Source of the DNA: Candidatus Tethybacter castellensis
GTDB taxonomy: Bacteria; Pseudomonadota; Gammaproteobacteria; Tethybacterales; Tethybacteraceae
NCBI GenBank assembly: GCA_036679665.1
Contig: JAZHEJ010000041.1
Coordinates: 1,860 to 65,859 of the forward strand
DNA length: 64,000 nucleotides
Reading direction: 5' to 3'
The first letter of the stretch is position 1; the number at the start of each line of letters is the position of its first letter. The position numbers and the translations under genes are program-made. Under the pieces are notes generated by a model that was not told the DNA's origin, did no database searches, and worked only from the letters and a program-made list of their open reading frames with translations. Shown here piece after piece: positions 60,635 through 64,000 of this stretch.

Positions 60635-63600
60635 CTAATTTATTTTTTTATTTAAACCGGAAGCATACTCATCTAGCCAGCAAAACGTGTTGACCAGTTT
60701 CATTTGCTCCACAGTGTGGCATGAAATTTCCAGTAGCTTGGGATTGGCCACCACAACGGCCAGACATTGGGCGCGGGAAATTGCAACATTTAAACGGTTC
60801 TTGCTGTATAAAAACTCTATGTTGCGCGGCAAATCTTCTGCGCTGGACGTCACCATGGAAATCAGCACAATCGGGGCTTCTTGCCCTTGGAACTTATCAA
60901 TGGTACCCACTTTGGCATTCTCCGGCAGAATGGAGCGCAGGTGATTGACCTGCAAATTGTAGGGAGCGACGACCAGAATATCGTTCTCGGTAATCGGGCG
61001 TGTATTGCCGTCTTTATCGGAAAATTTTTGCCCGAGCAAAGCGTGGTATTTGGTTTTGATGATTTCACCTTCTTCGATGCTTTTTTGGGAGCATTCTTTA
61101 TGCTCTGCTCGGATCATCACAATGCCCTCATTAGGAAGATCAACGTCTTGCAGGTTCAAGCTTTGCTCGGCAGTGCTTTCATGGGCTATCAGACGACCAT
61201 CATAAAAAGCATCAGAGATAAACCGACAGATGCTAGGGCGCATGCGGCGCGTCTGACCAAGGAAAATACCACGTTTAGCCGGGATGGTGGAATGATCGCC
61301 CAGCAAAAATTCCAGCACTGACAACCCGGCTTCGCCCGGATGTATGCCTTGAATAGGCTGACCCAGCTGCATCTGGTCACCCACCAAAATGATGTTTTTG
61401 GCCGCCGTGGCCATCGCCACCACATTGGCGGTCGCAACCTGTCCGGCCTCATCAATGACCAGATAATCTAACTTGCCATCAAAATGAGGATCAGCAAAGG
61501 CCCACGCCGTTCCGGCAAACAGATTAGCGTCAAGGCTCATATTTCCGGTTTTGGTTACAGAACGAATAAATTTTCCATTAAATCTGCTTTCATCATTACT
61601 GTCGCTGGCTTTTTTTATGCCATGAAACCGCACACCTTTTTCAGCGGCAATGTTTTCAACTTTTTTCAACAGATTATGAATGGCCTTGTGCGAGTTTGAG
61701 GTAATGCCAATTTTCTTTTTGCGCTTGATCAAATCAACAATAATGCAACTGCTGATATAAGTCTTCCCTGCGCCCGGAGGACCTTGGATAAAAAGATAGC
61801 TGTTCTCAAGCGCGGCAATAGCTTGCAGTGCATCGCTTTCTAAGTCATCAGACGTGATGACTGCTTCACCGGGTTGCTTGCCCTGAATGCGCGGTACATT
61901 CCGCGCCAACAGTTCAGTGGCTGGACGATTGATGTTTGGTTTTTCTAGCACATGATCGGAATAGCGATAAATGGCTGAACGAATTATTTCCGTGTCAATC
62001 GGACCTGATGGGCCAATGGACAAATTTTCCGGTAATGGGTCTTTTCTTTTTCCGCGTTTGATTGAGACTATACGATTATCCTCATCAATATCAACGATCG
62101 TACCCGCATTTTCCAAAAGCGCAATGTAATAGGCCTGAGTGCCGATTTTTAGCTTGTAATCTTGTGATGGAAAACGGTAGCTGTAAATCAAAGATCGCTT
62201 TTCAGGCACTGGAAAATCGATCTGTCGCAGGCCACCAAGGCACTCGATGTCGTCGATCAGTTCATCTTCAAGCTTGTTTTGGCGCTCAAAAATGCTCCAC
62301 CATTGCGTCTTGGCTTCCCGGTTATGAAACTCAAGCAAATGCGAAAGTCGTTCATTGGTTGGTGGCGGGTTCTCGCCTGTGACACCAAGACGACTTTGGT
62401 ACTTTTCATATTCGATTTCCCAGTCTTTGCGCTGAAGTACTTCTCCTTCGGCATATTGCGGTAAGTCATTAAAGCACGGCGCGTTAGGCGGCTTAAGCGT
62501 CAACAGCCAATTCCGCAGCAAGCGTGTGGAAACACAATCCATTTCGTTATAGTCAGAAATCTCTTGCAGTAACTCATCGTCATCGGTTATACGCCATTCG
62601 TTGTAAACGACGATGCTGTCGGTTGCGGTGGTCACTGCATCGGCTCGCTCGTGCATATAGAAGGTTTCAAGGTTCTTGAGGGAATAGCCGGGCTCAGAAG
62701 TGCGCATGCTCTCACGCACCACCTGATACAGGTCAATAAATTTTCGATTGCGGAGCAGATTGTCTAGCTGCTCTTCACACACCGCATAACGGCAGGCCAA
62801 GCGTTTCAGGGCCGTGGTTTCATAATGATTATAGTGATAGATATAAGCGTGCGGGTATTCTGCCAGATGGTCGGCCAAAAAGCTCATGAAGCGCTTGAAA
62901 GATTCTTTTTCTTCTTTGTGATCGTGCGCCCAGAATGTTTTGAACAGCTTTTCACCATCCTTTAAGTAATGCACCCCGAACAGATATTCCAAGCCGTTTG
63001 GATAAAAAGGATCGCCCTCCATATCAAAGAACAGATCGCCATCATTCGGCACAGGCATACGGGTGAAACCCTTGCCCGGCGGGAATGGGAGGATTTCGCA
63101 TTTATCTTTGTTCGTGGTGGCTTTATGGTGCTGTAAGACTGCTTGAGAACGCAAGCGCAAAAGGACATCACGATTGAGGGCAGGGATTTTGGTCTTTAAT
63201 GTTGTTGCGGCCAGATCAGCCACAGTACGTATGCCAGCATTTCGCAACTTGTCCATCTGTGAACGCCGGATATTGGCGACAAGGCTTAAATGATCGTCCT
63301 TATCCCACTGCGCCTCACAGTTCTCACTCCACGGGCAAAAATTGCAATGACTGCAAGGTTCTGGATAAGATTCAGATGGCAGGTTTTGCATATAACTTTC
63401 AAAGCGGCCTTTAGCGCGGGTGTAGTAATAGAAAAAGTCTGCCACCCGGAAGATGTACTTCTCGTGGTCACCTAGATACAAATACATATTTGCCGGGCGC
63501 AAACATTGTAGGTTGGCCAGTAGCTCAGAATAAACACACAATTGCATGATGTGTTTTGGCTCTGGTGTTCGCGCCAGTTTGGTATCTAGCACCTCATAGC

Positions 63601-63982
63601 TAAATTCACCCAAGTTGGATTCCGTATCACACTTGATCAAAAAATCCGCATAACTTAGCCAAGGCGGCTCAAATAATACGGCTTGATAAATGACATCCGA
63701 ACCAGATTGCATGGCCTTTAGTGTTCGCCTGTTGCGCTGTTGCAGATTACTGCTTCGGGGAATTTCAACGACGGTTTTGTTTTCAGCTTTAAGCTGTTGA
63801 AGGTAGGCAGCCTCGTGCTCCAAGCCTTTTTTCTGCAGCAGCTGGCCGATCGCGCTGTCTTGGGCTTTGTCCATATCCTCACTCAACGCCTTCACATCAA
63901 GAAAGCTCGCATGGCGGCACCCCAAAAAATTTACCAAATCCGTTGGTGAGTAAAGTTTCTGACCGTTACCGTATTGCTGCAT
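60635..63982 (-). CDS. Dna2/Nhi-like nuclease-helicase, with an N-terminal Cas4/RecB-like 4Fe-4S PD-(D/E)XK nuclease and a C-terminal Upf1-like SF1 helicase
   Basis: The nuclease motifs are YADFLIK, YEVLDTK, QLCVY and the Cys cluster C...CSHCNFCPWSENC. The helicase motifs are I (GPPGAGKT), II (VIDEAGQ), V (FQGQE) and VI (RLNVAISRA). Confidence 0.75.
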   Translation of the reverse strand: MQQYGNGQKLYSPTDLVNFLGCRHASFLDVKALSEDMDKAQDSAIGQLLQKKGLEHEAAYLQQLKAENKTVVEIPRSSNLQQRNRRTLKAMQSGSDVIYQAVLFEPPWLSYADFLIKCDTESNLGEFSYEVLDTKLARTPEPKHIMQLCVYSELLANLQCLRPANMYLYLGDHEKYIFRVADFFYYYTRAKGRFESYMQNLPSESYPEPCSHCNFCPWSENCEAQWDKDDHLSLVANIRRSQMDKLRNAGIRTVADLAATTLKTKIPALNRDVLLRLRSQAVLQHHKATTNKDKCEILPFPPGKGFTRMPVPNDGDLFFDMEGDPFYPNGLEYLFGVHYLKDGEKLFKTFWAHDHKEEKESFKRFMSFLADHLAEYPHAYIYHYNHYETTALKRLACRYAVCEEQLDNLLRNRKFIDLYQVVRESMRTSEPGYSLKNLETFYMHERADAVTTATDSIVVYNEWRITDDDELLQEISDYNEMDCVSTRLLRNWLLTLKPPNAPCFNDLPQYAEGEVLQRKDWEIEYEKYQSRLGVTGENPPPTNERLSHLLEFHNREAKTQWWSIFERQNKLEDELIDDIECLGGLRQIDFPVPEKRSLIYSYRFPSQDYKLKIGTQAYYIALLENAGTIVDIDEDNRIVSIKRGKRKDPLPENLSIGPSGPIDTEIIRSAIYRYSDHVLEKPNINRPATELLARNVPRIQGKQPGEAVITSDDLESDALQAIAALENSYLFIQGPPGAGKTYISSCIIVDLIKRKKKIGITSNSHKAIHNLLKKVENIAAEKGVRFHGIKKASDSNDESRFNGKFIRSVTKTGNMSLDANLFAGTAWAFADPHFDGKLDYLVIDEAGQVATANVVAMATAAKNIILVGDQMQLGQPIQGIHPGEAGLSVLEFLLGDHSTIPAKRGIFLGQTRRMRPSICRFISDAFYDGRLIAHESTAEQSLNLQDVDLPNEGIVMIRAEHKECSQKSIEEGEIIKTKYHALLGQKFSDKDGNTRPITENDILVVAPYNLQVNHLRSILPENAKVGTIDKFQGQEAPIVLISMVTSSAEDLPRNIEFLYSKNRLNVAISRAQCLAVVVANPKLLEISCHTVEQMKLVNTFCWLDEYASGLNKKIN

Positions 63983-64000
63983 GCTATTTTTTCGAAACGT

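Overview
This 64-kb window appears to come from a gammaproteobacterial chromosome of about 50% GC, and it has three distinct parts. All calls rest on recognising protein motifs, signals and repeats by eye, because no database search could be run. Positions 1 to about 38,300 are core genes: the rpoN-lptB-lptA-lptC-kdsD block, a GspA/ExeA-like ATPase, a sigma-54 response regulator, a TolC-like protein, thiCOSG, pcm, tRNA-Leu, hisI, cysS, yidD, pyrF, petABC, sspAB, dnaJ-dnaK-grpE, tyrS, an AddB-like nuclease, fdxA and plsC. Embedded in this core region at 15.6-24.9 kb is a pilin-less MSHA/T4P-type machinery cluster. It encodes a lipoprotein secretin, a TPR protein, an MshE-type ATPase with both c-di-GMP-binding MshEN motifs, a GspF-type platform protein and PilMN/O/P-like proteins. 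Positions 38,564-55,118 hold a GC-rich F-type (MPF-F) conjugative type IV secretion cluster in the order traA-L-E-K-B-dsbC-V-C-W-U-trbC-N-x-F-H-G. No relaxase, coupling protein or integrase lies in the window, so this is probably part of an ICE or integrated plasmid. Its first gene is unusual, because an OmpA-like domain is fused in frame to an F-type TraA propilin. Positions 55,123-60,261 are AT-rich cargo inserted at the 3' end of traG and flanked by perfect 243-bp direct repeats of the traG 3' end. The cargo encodes a DNA methyltransferase, a putative PD-(D/E)XK restriction endonuclease, and a 750-aa RloC/PrrC-like ABC ATPase with a CXXC zinc hook and a candidate anticodon-nuclease C-terminus. 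Downstream of the second repeat is a 1115-aa gene that fuses a Cas4-like 4Fe-4S nuclease to an Upf1-like SF1 helicase, in the manner of Dna2 or Nhi. The end of the conjugative element is therefore a defence island.
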